From a virus: a DNA stretch of 64,000 nucleotides. Shown here in pieces: positions 36,256 to 44,887 of this stretch (the first letter of the stretch is position 1; every line of letters begins with the position of its first letter). The translations under genes were made by a program, and so were the position numbers. The notes below the pieces were generated by a model. It searched no databases and was not told where the DNA came from. It saw only the letters and a program-made list of their open reading frames with translations. The stretch covers positions 52,457 through 116,456 of the IMG/VR virus record IMGVR_UViG_3300028581_002181. The stretch is one strand, 5' to 3'.

Positions 36256-37794
36256 TCATTTATTATGAAGTTTTGATATAAATTGGTAATATTCTTCAGT
36301 TTGATTGCTGATGCCGTCCGCCCAAATTTGTTTCTTTGTGAGGTAATCATGCAATTTATTTTGTAGGTCTTTGGGAGAATTTTTGCTCCAATTATGTAAA
36401 TTATCTAACCAAACACTGGCCAACTCTGCCCACATATAATCTGGAAATATGGTCAAAAAATTGTATGAACGCGATACTGTGTTTTTTTCGGAATTATATT
36501 TTTCCTTAAGCAGTTGTTTGTGATTCAATTCAATTCCTAAATCATACATGTCTTGCCAAAATTTATTTGTTTTTTTTGAACACAATGTATAATGCACACT
36601 GATAAAGTCTGCGATGTCATCCAAAGCATAACAAACTTTTTCATTGTAATCTGCCCAATCATTGTTGTTTTTTATGGCCATAGTGGCTGCAAATATCGTT
36701 GAAACTGAAATGAACAGTGCGTTGGCTTCCATGGGCTCTATAAAACCTGCTGCCATGCCCACAGCACAAACGTTTTTTATTGCTGGAGTTTTAAATCTTT
36801 TTGGTTCCCACTTGATCAGTCTTGGTTCTTTTAAATTTTTTTTATCTATAATTTTTAAAAATTCTTCTTTGGCTTGTGCATCTGTAAAATATTTGTCATT
36901 ATAGACCAATCCACAACCCATTCTATTCAATAAACCAATTTTAAATATCCAACCCATGGAGTGCCAGATGGATTGAGTGTGATTCTTACACTCTTGGTCA
37001 GCATCTGAATATTTCAAAGGACTTACCCAAGCACTGTTGGCAGGACAATGAGTGTATGCATGATAATCATTGGTTAATTTGCTGATCAATGTTCTGTGAA
37101 ATCCTGTGGCGTCTATCCAAATATCACTGCTGATGATTGCTCCTGATTGGAGTTCAACGCTGGCTATGCCTTGTTGATCACAATTTACTTTTGTGATTGT
37201 GTCTATGATTTCTTTTACACCACTGGGTTTGGCATGTTTTTCAATCAAATAAGGAGCCAGTTTTTCCGCATCAATGTGATAAGCATAGGAAAAATTTTCA
37301 CTGCCCAAATAACATCCATTGCTATCAAAAGGAGCTTTGTTTTTGTTCATGAATGAATACAAAGGCACAAATGAATCACTGTAATTTTGTACTTTTTTGT
37401 TATTAAATAAATCTATCCATACATCTGTTGCTCGCATGTCTGTAGGACCTATGGAAACAATGTCTTCTTTAGTGATAGGTTGATTATTAAAAATTTTTTC
37501 CAAAGGCTCATTATAGTTGAAAGCAAAATATACATCTTCTTTTTCATTTATCCAATCTTTAAAACAGTTGGCATATTTAAAAATACTTTGAGTGGCCAGC
37601 ATCATGTCTTTTTCATCCACACCTATTTCATTCAAAAATCCTTTCACATGAGGTGTAACACTTTCTCCCACTCCTATGGTAGGAATATGATCACTGTGTA
37701 GTAAAATTATTTGATCTGTGGGAAAATGTTTTTTTAAAAAACACGCTGCTAGAGCTCCAGCAGTGCCTGCACCTACCACAGTAATGGTTTTCAT
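36256..37794 (-). CDS. Flavin-dependent (tryptophan halogenase-like) protein (start re-assigned to MKTITVV)
   Basis: GAGTAG, IGVGES, SIFK (catalytic Lys position), IDATG, GFIEPMEA. Confidence 0.85.
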   Translation of the reverse strand: MKTITVVGAGTAGALAACFLKKHFPTDQIILLHSDHIPTIGVGESVTPHVKGFLNEIGVDEKDMMLATQSIFKYANCFKDWINEKEDVYFAFNYNEPLEKIFNNQPITKEDIVSIGPTDMRATDVWIDLFNNKKVQNYSDSFVPLYSFMNKNKAPFDSNGCYLGSENFSYAYHIDAEKLAPYLIEKHAKPSGVKEIIDTITKVNCDQQGIASVELQSGAIISSDIWIDATGFHRTLISKLTNDYHAYTHCPANSAWVSPLKYSDADQECKNHTQSIWHSMGWIFKIGLLNRMGCGLVYNDKYFTDAQAKEEFLKIIDKKNLKEPRLIKWEPKRFKTPAIKNVCAVGMAAGFIEPMEANALFISVSTIFAATMAIKNNNDWADYNEKVCYALDDIADFISVHYTLCSKKTNKFWQDMYDLGIELNHKQLLKEKYNSEKNTVSRSYNFLTIFPDYMWAELASVWLDNLHNWSKNSPKDLQNKLHDYLTKKQIWADGISNQTEEYYQFISKLHNK

Positions 37795-37795
37795 A

Positions 37796-38440
37796 TTATT
37801 CTTTTTTGGATTCTTTGTAAAAGTATTCATCTGAATCACCAAACACCCATTTGGCATTCTGTTCACAGTGCCAATATTTGGTGCTCACTTTGAAATCTGG
37901 AGTTTTGAGTTTGCCAGGATTGGCACTGGCTTCGTGCCAGATCATTCTATTGTTGGGTTGGGCAAAGAATTGACCATTGTCCAATTGACCTATGTTGTGA
38001 CCCTTGTGTTCAGTGGGCACTTCTGATTCAGTCACATTCACAGTGTTGGGATCTGTGTGAGCACTGTCCACAGTGAACAAATAAACTCCTGACATCTTTT
38101 TACCATCTTTGAGTATCACATCCACTCTGCTGTATTGTAGGTATTGTTTCTCAATGATGGTGATGTGATAGCTGAAACCATCCCACAGTTGCAAATAATC
38201 CAAAGGCAATTGCTCTTCTGATTTGATATCTGTGCGCCAAGTGAATGCACTGATGGGCAGCTTGTCATACAGTGCACCATATTCTGGCAGATATGCTTCT
38301 ATGTAGAATGCTCTGCGTGGAATAGATTTCAGTGTGACCCAAGTGCAGGGCACAAATTCACCGTGACCTTTTTGAAAGTCATACAGATATTCTTTTTTGA
38401 TGTAGGCTTGGATGTAGGGAGTGTTCACCACGAAGTTCAT
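37796..38440 (-). CDS. Hypothetical phage protein
   Basis: 214 aa beta-rich ORF. Confidence 0.75.
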   Translation of the reverse strand: MNFVVNTPYIQAYIKKEYLYDFQKGHGEFVPCTWVTLKSIPRRAFYIEAYLPEYGALYDKLPISAFTWRTDIKSEEQLPLDYLQLWDGFSYHITIIEKQYLQYSRVDVILKDGKKMSGVYLFTVDSAHTDPNTVNVTESEVPTEHKGHNIGQLDNGQFFAQPNNRMIWHEASANPGKLKTPDFKVSTKYWHCEQNAKWVFGDSDEYFYKESKKE

Positions 38441-38476
38441 ATACTAGTAATTATCTTGAGTAACGAATAGCTAAAG

Positions 38477-39085
38477 CTAAAATGGCTTTCCACTTTTTTG
38501 TAAAATAGAGGACTGTCCTGGGGGTGTAGTTTTTGGTGCTGCAGTAGCTGGGACTTTAGGGTCTTCAAATTCATTTGGTTTGATATTTAGAGATTTTAGC
38601 ACAGATGAGAATTGTGTGTTGAAATCTCCATGAGTGATGTTAGTCATTTTACGTAAAAAATCTTCGATGCTTGTGATTATAGTATTTTTGGCTGAGCCAT
38701 CTGATGGATTTTCCAATCTAGTTTTGATAGCTGCTGATAATTCTTTTTCAAAACCTGCGTCCTTGGGTTTACTCTGCATCATTGATCCCACAAACATATT
38801 TAGGTCGTCTTTGGTAACACCTATTTTGCTGTAATCTTTTACACCAGCGCCTTTGTTCATACTGCCCAATGCTCCACCCAACTTGCTGGCAAAACTGTCT
38901 TTGGCAGCATCTGTGTCTTTGGGAGCAGTCATAAATTTATTCACAGCAGTGTTGGCTGCACCCACAGCAGTTTTCACAGCACCACCTGCCTGTGCAAATT
39001 TATTCATCACTTTGCCCATAGTGCCTGGAGGTTTGGCTGCAGTAGGTTTGCCCAAAGATGGAGTGACCAATTCATTGATCTTCAT
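38477..39085 (-). CDS. Putative internal head protein (MKINEL leader)
   Basis: N-terminal leader shared with neighbours; Lys/Ala-rich. Confidence 0.55.
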   Translation of the reverse strand: MKINELVTPSLGKPTAAKPPGTMGKVMNKFAQAGGAVKTAVGAANTAVNKFMTAPKDTDAAKDSFASKLGGALGSMNKGAGVKDYSKIGVTKDDLNMFVGSMMQSKPKDAGFEKELSAAIKTRLENPSDGSAKNTIITSIEDFLRKMTNITHGDFNTQFSSVLKSLNIKPNEFEDPKVPATAAPKTTPPGQSSILQKSGKPF

Positions 39086-39090
39086 GGTGA

Positions 39091-39477
39091 TTACTTTTTG
39101 TCTTGGTTGAATTTTTTTTCGTTAACTTTTTTGTCTAGAATTTTGAACAACACTTCTTCGTAGGTTTCCATCTTGCCATCACTGGGCTTGACCACTTGTT
39201 GTACAGGTATACTGGTTTCCAGTTCGGCTTGATTGAATTTTTCATCGTAGTCCATATAATGATACACAGAACTGATGTAATCAGCGGCTTTGGTGATCTT
39301 TGCTTGAACCCAACCTTCCAAACCTTCTGCTTCAGACACGTTCTTTAACAGTTCATGCAGTTTGATGCTGTACTTGGCCAACTTGTAAAGATCAGCACGT
39401 GCCATCTGCACTTCGTGATCCATCTCTGCTTTGTGAGCTGCGTCTGCCAATCCTTCTTTGATATCTTTGTGTTTCAT
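39091..39477 (-). CDS. Putative internal head protein (MKHKDI leader)
   Basis: Leader motif; ATAAATA at 39483-39489. Confidence 0.55.
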   Translation of the reverse strand: MKHKDIKEGLADAAHKAEMDHEVQMARADLYKLAKYSIKLHELLKNVSEAEGLEGWVQAKITKAADYISSVYHYMDYDEKFNQAELETSIPVQQVVKPSDGKMETYEEVLFKILDKKVNEKKFNQDKK

Positions 39478-39485
39478 ATGTGTAT

Positions 39486-39686
39486 TTATCTCTTCATTGG
39501 GCCACCGAATATGCTGACGTCCTTCATGTCCAGTGCGTTATCAGTGGGTTTTTGTTTTTTGGGCTTGGCTTTGGCTGATTTGTAGGCATAAGGATTGGTC
39601 ACATGGGGGTTTGCTATGCTGGCAATGTTGCCTGCTGATGTGGATCCCACAGATGCCACTTCTCTTATGATGTCTCTAATTTTCAT
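39486..39686 (-). CDS. Small putative internal head protein (MKIRDIIRE)
   Basis: Leader motif; ATAAATA at 39702-39708. Confidence 0.6.
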   Translation of the reverse strand: MKIRDIIREVASVGSTSAGNIASIANPHVTNPYAYKSAKAKPKKQKPTDNALDMKDVSIFGGPMKR

Positions 39687-39721
39687 CGTTTGCCCTTGCT
39701 GTATTTATGTGGTGTTTGTGA

Positions 39722-39916
39722 TTATTTGCTAACTTTGGGCACAGTGATGCCCAGCTTTTTCACTGCTTTGCCGCCTTTGTACAGCCTAGCGTGTGGCACT
39801 TTTAAATTCTTTGGACCATATATGTCGCCCACTTTGAATGTGTAACTCAAGCGTGCAGGATCCAATCCATAGTGGTAGTCTGCCCATGCTTCATGCACTA
39901 TATCACGTATCTTCAT
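39722..39916 (-). CDS. Small putative internal head protein (MKIRDIVHE)
   Basis: Leader motif; basic C-terminus. Confidence 0.6.
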   Translation of the reverse strand: MKIRDIVHEAWADYHYGLDPARLSYTFKVGDIYGPKNLKVPHARLYKGGKAVKKLGITVPKVSK

Positions 39917-40257
39917 TTTTTTGTCTTCACGTTTTTAGCAGCACCACGACGTTCCGGATTGGGATCTTCACGTCTTTTTCTTGAGGCTGCTGATGCACGC
40001 CCTTTCTTGCCCAATGCATGTGCTTTGGCTTGCGGCAAACATTTGGGCTTGCCTTCTTTGCTGCTGCCTCTGGCACAATCACCTTTGATTTTGCCGTCTG
40101 GACCAAATCTCACCCACTTCTGTTTAAACCATTTTTTTAAATCTTCTTCCATCTCCTTCACGGGCACACAGTTGGGCACCATTCTGTTGCCTTTGGGTTT
40201 CATGCCGCGCTGTACATAACCTTGCCAGCACTTCTCTAAAATCTCTCGGTATTTCAT
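39913..40257 (-). CDS. Basic putative internal head protein (start re-assigned to MKYREILE)
   Basis: ATG at 40257 follows the stop of 40259..40420; strongly basic with paired Cys. Confidence 0.65.
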   Translation of the reverse strand: MKYREILEKCWQGYVQRGMKPKGNRMVPNCVPVKEMEEDLKKWFKQKWVRFGPDGKIKGDCARGSSKEGKPKCLPQAKAHALGKKGRASAASRKRREDPNPERRGAAKNVKTKK

Positions 40258-40258
40258 T

Positions 40259-40420
40259 CTATTTGCTCTTGTTGCCCCAGTTGGCTGCACCTTTTTTACG
40301 ACACTGAACCAACGCACCTGATGCATAGGCACTGGGCCAAACTTTATATCTGGATTTGACCTTGCGATAGCAGGCGTCCTGTTTTTCTTGCAGACCTTGA
40401 GTGATTTCTTTGAGCTTCAT
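40259..40420 (-). CDS. 53-aa basic protein with leader, absent from the ORF track
   Basis: Manual translation MKLKEITQGLQEKQDACYRKVKSRYKVWPSAYASGALVQCRKKGAANWGNKSK. Confidence 0.75.
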   Translation of the reverse strand: MKLKEITQGLQEKQDACYRKVKSRYKVWPSAYASGALVQCRKKGAANWGNKSK

Positions 40421-40437
40421 AATAGTGTTTTACACTA

Positions 40438-40893
40438 CTATTTATTGCGTTTACGACCTTGACGCATGTTTATCTGCCAGTGTGCCAGTTGCTTTTTGCG
40501 TGCAGATGCTGTTTTAGAACTGCGTATCCGTTTCAATTGTGTGATGGTAGCGCCTTTGGGTATGCCTGCTCGTTTGGAATCACCAGGTCTACCTGGTCCT
40601 CGGCCATCCGCAAAGTTCTCATCCACGTTGCCCAATGGACTGGCAATGGGATCACGCATTTGAGCATATCTGTTCATGTCCAACACAATTTGTGCTTTGA
40701 GACTCACATGTGGAATGTCTGTTTTGATCAGCAGTTTTAAATCTTCATCCGACAAAGATTTCAAATGTTGACGCAATGCCTGACCTTTCACAGCTGGCAA
40801 AGCCTTGTCTTTGAATGGTGTGTATTGAGTTCGTAGATCATCTATGTCAGATTGTTTAAGTTTATGCTTAAACACTATTTCACGAATCTTCAT
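40438..40893 (-). CDS. Putative internal head protein (MKIREIV)
   Basis: Leader motif; internal VDE followed by an Arg/Lys-rich module. Confidence 0.6.
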   Translation of the reverse strand: MKIREIVFKHKLKQSDIDDLRTQYTPFKDKALPAVKGQALRQHLKSLSDEDLKLLIKTDIPHVSLKAQIVLDMNRYAQMRDPIASPLGNVDENFADGRGPGRPGDSKRAGIPKGATITQLKRIRSSKTASARKKQLAHWQINMRQGRKRNK

Positions 40894-40897
40894 TGAA

Positions 40898-41629
40898 TTA
40901 CACCAGTTTTAATTTGCGAGCCTGTCTGCGGATCTCACCTGGTTTAACATCTCGGGTAGTGTTCTGTTTGGTAATAATTCCCACACCTGCTGCATCTTCC
41001 ACAGGCACTTTTTCTTTTTGTTTTTGTTTATGATTGTATTGTTCCAATGCTTGTGACACCTTGCTGAGTGGATGCTTGTTGGCTTGATACAGTATGCCAT
41101 AGCCACCTTTGCTCTGCCATTTGTCTATGTTGATGGGACGATCGTCTATTAAAATATTTTTAACACCGTTTTTGACAGCATAGGTTTCTTTCACACCAGT
41201 CACAATGATAACATCTGGCTTCACTATGTTTTTGCCAATCCATACTTTTTTGTAGTAACCACTGTTTTCTGTGTCACCTCTCAAAGGCGAAGTGAGTATG
41301 CTGTACTGCCCACCTGTGAATTTCTTGATCATCTCGATCAATGTGTCTGCACTGCTGAACTTGGGTAGATGTGCAAAAAAATCTGTGCCTGCTATTCTGT
41401 CAATCACATCTTGGCGTAGGTCTTTGGTCTTGTCAGATGTCAGTTGTTTCCAGTGATCCACACCGTACAAACGTTCTACTCCACCAAAGAAATCTGCAAT
41501 CACGCCATCCATATCCAAATACACAATGGGTTTGACATTAGATTGTTCTGTCATGTGTTTATTATACAACTGTTTGTTGTATAAATCAACAGATATTTTT
41601 TGGTTAGATAGTATTTCGGTAATCTTCAT
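40898..41629 (-). CDS. HAD-family 5'(3')-deoxyribonucleotidase-like protein with MKITEIL leader
   Basis: YLDMDGVIADF, ILTSP, K, LIDD motifs. Confidence 0.8.
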   Translation of the reverse strand: MKITEILSNQKISVDLYNKQLYNKHMTEQSNVKPIVYLDMDGVIADFFGGVERLYGVDHWKQLTSDKTKDLRQDVIDRIAGTDFFAHLPKFSSADTLIEMIKKFTGGQYSILTSPLRGDTENSGYYKKVWIGKNIVKPDVIIVTGVKETYAVKNGVKNILIDDRPINIDKWQSKGGYGILYQANKHPLSKVSQALEQYNHKQKQKEKVPVEDAAGVGIITKQNTTRDVKPGEIRRQARKLKLV

Positions 41630-41790
41630 TAGTCTTTTTCACAATTGGCACAGTGACAGCGTCTGCACACTTCAATCACCCATTCTCGTGTCTTTTTGTC
41701 GCCAATATGTTCGCTTTCTTTTCTTTTCAAAGTTTTTTTGCAATGACTATCATTGCCACAATTGATGCAATAGGGTTTTTCCTTAGCCAT
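41629..41790 (-). CDS. Small Zn-ribbon-like protein (start MAKEKPYC)
   Basis: CINC...HC...CRRCHC. Confidence 0.5.
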   Translation of the reverse strand: MAKEKPYCINCGNDSHCKKTLKRKESEHIGDKKTREWVIEVCRRCHCANCEKD

Positions 41791-41794
41791 AAAT

Positions 41795-42604
41795 TTAAGA
41801 TCTGTCTTGTTTGGGACTTTTTCTTTGTTTGAATTTTTTATCAGTGGAACACCAATATCTACCATAGCTTTCATTGGATTCAGCCTGCACATATCCTTTT
41901 TTTTCATAGTCCGGCCAAGACTTTTGTGGAATCTTAATTATTCCTTGTTTGTCGTTAGGATTAATCACCATGATCAATTCATTATCACTGTTGTAATCTT
42001 TAACAGGTTGAACAATTTTTTTTGCAATTTTATCTTTGAAACTTAAATTCTCTTTTTTGTAACCTGCGGGCATGAACTTGGCATATCTGTCTTGCATGTT
42101 TTTCACTGTGTTTAAATCTCTGCCTGAATCCAAACTCAATCTAGCCACTTCGATGTCTTGTTTGATATTCTGTATCAACTGGGCATCACCTTTTTGATTG
42201 GCCATATCCAACGCTTTGTTCATGGCTTGTATCACTGGCACATTATTATTGATAGCATTATTAATGGAACCTATGCCTGCCACACTGCCCACAATAATTC
42301 CAGCCACAGCCATTTTTTGTAACCAATCTTTTAATCCTTCGTCTAATTCTGTGCTTTCAAAATGTCGGGAGTAAGGACGACCTTTGGCAAATTCTCTACC
42401 ATAGCTGAACTCCTGTCTCTGTGCTAATTCTTTGGCTGAAAAACCTGGACGTATAACTCCTCCAGCATGTTGTTTGGCAAAATCTTCTCTGTTCTTGAAG
42501 AATGCTCGGATTTCATCTGGGGTCATCATGTCCAACTTGGCTTTGGTCTTGGCCATGCTGCTGGGCAATCTAGAACCTTCTGATATGATGTGTCTTAGCT
42601 TCAT
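41795..42604 (-). CDS. Putative internal head protein (MKLRHIISE), multi-module
   Basis: Leader motif; internal LDE; a hydrophobic helix; terminal RYWC basic module. Confidence 0.6.
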   Translation of the reverse strand: MKLRHIISEGSRLPSSMAKTKAKLDMMTPDEIRAFFKNREDFAKQHAGGVIRPGFSAKELAQRQEFSYGREFAKGRPYSRHFESTELDEGLKDWLQKMAVAGIIVGSVAGIGSINNAINNNVPVIQAMNKALDMANQKGDAQLIQNIKQDIEVARLSLDSGRDLNTVKNMQDRYAKFMPAGYKKENLSFKDKIAKKIVQPVKDYNSDNELIMVINPNDKQGIIKIPQKSWPDYEKKGYVQAESNESYGRYWCSTDKKFKQRKSPKQDRS

Positions 42605-42819
42605 TTCTTTCTTCCTCTGAATTTATTCTGCAATGACCCAGTCATGTAAGGCAGACTGAACCACAATTTGAACCAATCTGGATCGCCTGGTTTTAGGCCT
42701 AATTCTTTTTCTTTGTCCTTCAAAGCCTGTGCTGTGTGACTGATATTTTCCACAGACGGCATAGTATTGCTGTAAGTGTCTATGCCTGCCAGTTTTTTCA
42801 ATTTATCAATCTCGTTCAT
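42601..42819 (-). CDS. Small protein with LKKLAGI motif
   Basis: ATAAATA at 42824-42830. Confidence 0.65.
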   Translation of the reverse strand: MNEIDKLKKLAGIDTYSNTMPSVENISHTAQALKDKEKELGLKPGDPDWFKLWFSLPYMTGSLQNKFRGRKK

Positions 42820-42826
42820 ATGATAT

Positions 42827-43393
42827 TTATGCTGGTTGTTTTAAATTTTGACGTATTTTTTGATATATCTCTGTGGCTGTTTTTTCATCTGCAGGAATAG
42901 TGGTTAAAAAACTACGTTTAGCACCTTGCACAGCATACTCTCTAGCTCTGCTGGCACTCACACCTGCTGCGCCTTCTGCATCTGGATCTCTCATTCCAGC
43001 ATTCACTGTTCTTATGCTGTTGAATTGGTAGTCTTTGCCATTGTATTTGTTCAGTAATTCATCAAATTGTTGCACTCTGTCTGATCCCGCCACATATATG
43101 ATGTCTTGATAGCCCATGCTTTCTAATTTTTTCATTGCATCAATAATGGTCTTTACTCCAGCATCTCCCACTGTGACTGTGGGGAACATTTTTTGAGCAT
43201 ACAGTACTTTGTCCGCAAAACTGAGAGGATTTGATTTGGCATCTTGAGTGTGTGTTAAAAATAAAAAGTGATCGCCTGGTTGAGCAGAGATGGCGTCTAT
43301 TAATTTTTTATGACCAGTGGTGGGTGGATTCATTCTGCCGTAAGCAAATGCGGCAATTTTAGGCGCTGGCTGACTTATTTCTACGAGTCTCAT
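42827..43393 (-). CDS. HIGH-superfamily (cytidyltransferase-like) nucleotidyltransferase with MRLVEI leader
   Basis: YGRMNPPTTGH, VAGSDR, GVSASRAR. Confidence 0.8.
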   Translation of the reverse strand: MRLVEISQPAPKIAAFAYGRMNPPTTGHKKLIDAISAQPGDHFLFLTHTQDAKSNPLSFADKVLYAQKMFPTVTVGDAGVKTIIDAMKKLESMGYQDIIYVAGSDRVQQFDELLNKYNGKDYQFNSIRTVNAGMRDPDAEGAAGVSASRAREYAVQGAKRSFLTTIPADEKTATEIYQKIRQNLKQPA

Positions 43394-43722
43394 TGTGCAT
43401 TCTTCACTGGATGTTTGGACAGTCCTTGCACGATCTTGTTGGTGAGGGTCACTCTGTCCTCTGAATTAATGATCTTTTCTGACTTGCCGTTGATTTTAAA
43501 TTTTTCAAAGTATTCGTTGATTGCTTTATCCACACATCCACCCCAAGTTTCCATTGGATTTTTTTCCATCATTTCTTTTTGATTGTCACTGTATCGTTTG
43601 GCCACTGGAAAGAAATTTTTTCTAAAAAACTCACTGTCGTTCAGCATGTACTGATAGATATCTTCTAAAATATCATATCCAATATTATCTCTGGTTATGG
43701 CTGTGAATTCTTTGGCTTTCAT
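43390..43722 (-). CDS. Putative internal head protein (MKAKEF)
   Basis: Leader motif. Confidence 0.55.
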   Translation of the reverse strand: MKAKEFTAITRDNIGYDILEDIYQYMLNDSEFFRKNFFPVAKRYSDNQKEMMEKNPMETWGGCVDKAINEYFEKFKINGKSEKIINSEDRVTLTNKIVQGLSKHPVKNAQ

Positions 43723-43724
43723 TG

Positions 43725-43922
43725 CTATCTTTCCTGTGCTGGTTCAATTGTTGGTTGTGTCTTCAACCATGCTTGACGATCTTTTTCTGCTTCTTCTTCG
43801 GAAATATATGGATCTTTGCCATCATAGATGTCCTGTAACTTTTGTCCTATCCAATCGAACACTTCTTGATCTTCTTTGGACACAGTTTTTCTATGCGTTT
43901 TATAATCTGTGGCTTTTACCAT
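43725..43922 (-). CDS. Small hypothetical protein
   Basis: ATG at 43922 overlaps the upstream stop. Confidence 0.45.
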   Translation of the reverse strand: MVKATDYKTHRKTVSKEDQEVFDWIGQKLQDIYDGKDPYISEEEAEKDRQAWLKTQPTIEPAQER

Positions 43923-44503
43923 TTGCGACAACTCCAATATCTTGCTTTGGTTCTTGGACCTGGATTAGCACAATTGTGTCTGGCTCTAAAACTTCTGCGT
44001 CTGGCTGGATTGGATTTTTTAATCCTCATATTAGGATCACCAAAATTCACTTTTACTATGTTGCCAGTGGGTTTACGCACATACACTTTGAATTTTTTCA
44101 CATCACCTCTCATGGGTTTGCCCAAAGGCACTTTGCGTCCTCTGTATTCTGCTTCATCCAATGCATCATCTTCGTTGAACCACATCACATCATATGCACT
44201 GTGAAAGTCATCACCTTCATAGGTCTCTTCATCCAAGTTGTCGTCTGTGCTGACTTCAATATCAAATTCTTCCAAACCCATTTCTTTCAACTGTTCATTG
44301 AGGCTTTCGGCCAATTCATCAGATTCTGTTTCATCCAATGCTCTGTGCAGTTCCACACGCAGCACTTGATTGCCTTGTTCATCCTCAAATATATGATAGT
44401 TGGTCTGATCTTCAAACAGTCCTATGGCGCTTTCGCTCAATGCCACATCCACCAAGGATTCTGCATTAATATTCTTACCTATGATACTAAAAAAATGTTG
44501 CAT
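43916..44503 (-). CDS. Acidic N-terminal / basic C-terminal bipartite protein
   Basis: Asp/Glu-rich first half, then LDE followed by an Arg/Lys-rich module ending RYWSCRKW. Confidence 0.7.
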   Translation of the reverse strand: MQHFFSIIGKNINAESLVDVALSESAIGLFEDQTNYHIFEDEQGNQVLRVELHRALDETESDELAESLNEQLKEMGLEEFDIEVSTDDNLDEETYEGDDFHSAYDVMWFNEDDALDEAEYRGRKVPLGKPMRGDVKKFKVYVRKPTGNIVKVNFGDPNMRIKKSNPARRRSFRARHNCANPGPRTKARYWSCRKW

Positions 44504-44504
44504 A

Positions 44505-44867
44505 TTAGTGATTAAGTTTGATTGAATTTACAGTGCCTTCAGTGTAAACCACTTTGGCTCGCACCCACACAAAATTACCAGTAAAATTGTAGAAAAAACT
44601 GCCTGTGCTGTTCACATGCACTGCAGTGGGAGCAGTGTGCGTGGTACCAGTCACATCAAACCAGTCTGTGGCAGTGGGTGCAGTGGCCAGTGTGGCCTGC
44701 ATCAGTATGCTGCCTTCAAAACCTGACACTGTGATCTGTATGGTGTGAAAACCGTCACTGCGACCATAATATCCATCACCTTTGAATTGCTGTCCCAATA
44801 CCGTTTCCGTGGTGCTGTCATTGGGATGATCCGTGGCTGATAATATTGTTTCGCTTGCTGCTGGCAT
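44505..44867 (-). CDS. Small beta-rich virion-like protein
   Basis: Thr-rich; C-terminal FVWVRAKV; TAAATA at 44873-44878. Confidence 0.6.
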   Translation of the reverse strand: MPAASETILSATDHPNDSTTETVLGQQFKGDGYYGRSDGFHTIQITVSGFEGSILMQATLATAPTATDWFDVTGTTHTAPTAVHVNSTGSFFYNFTGNFVWVRAKVVYTEGTVNSIKLNH

Positions 44868-44887
44868 GTGTATATTTAGTCCTTGTG

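Noticed and set aside
43697-44515. 272-aa plus-strand ORF
   Set aside because: It lies fully antisense to well-packed minus-strand genes and has no motif or RBS.
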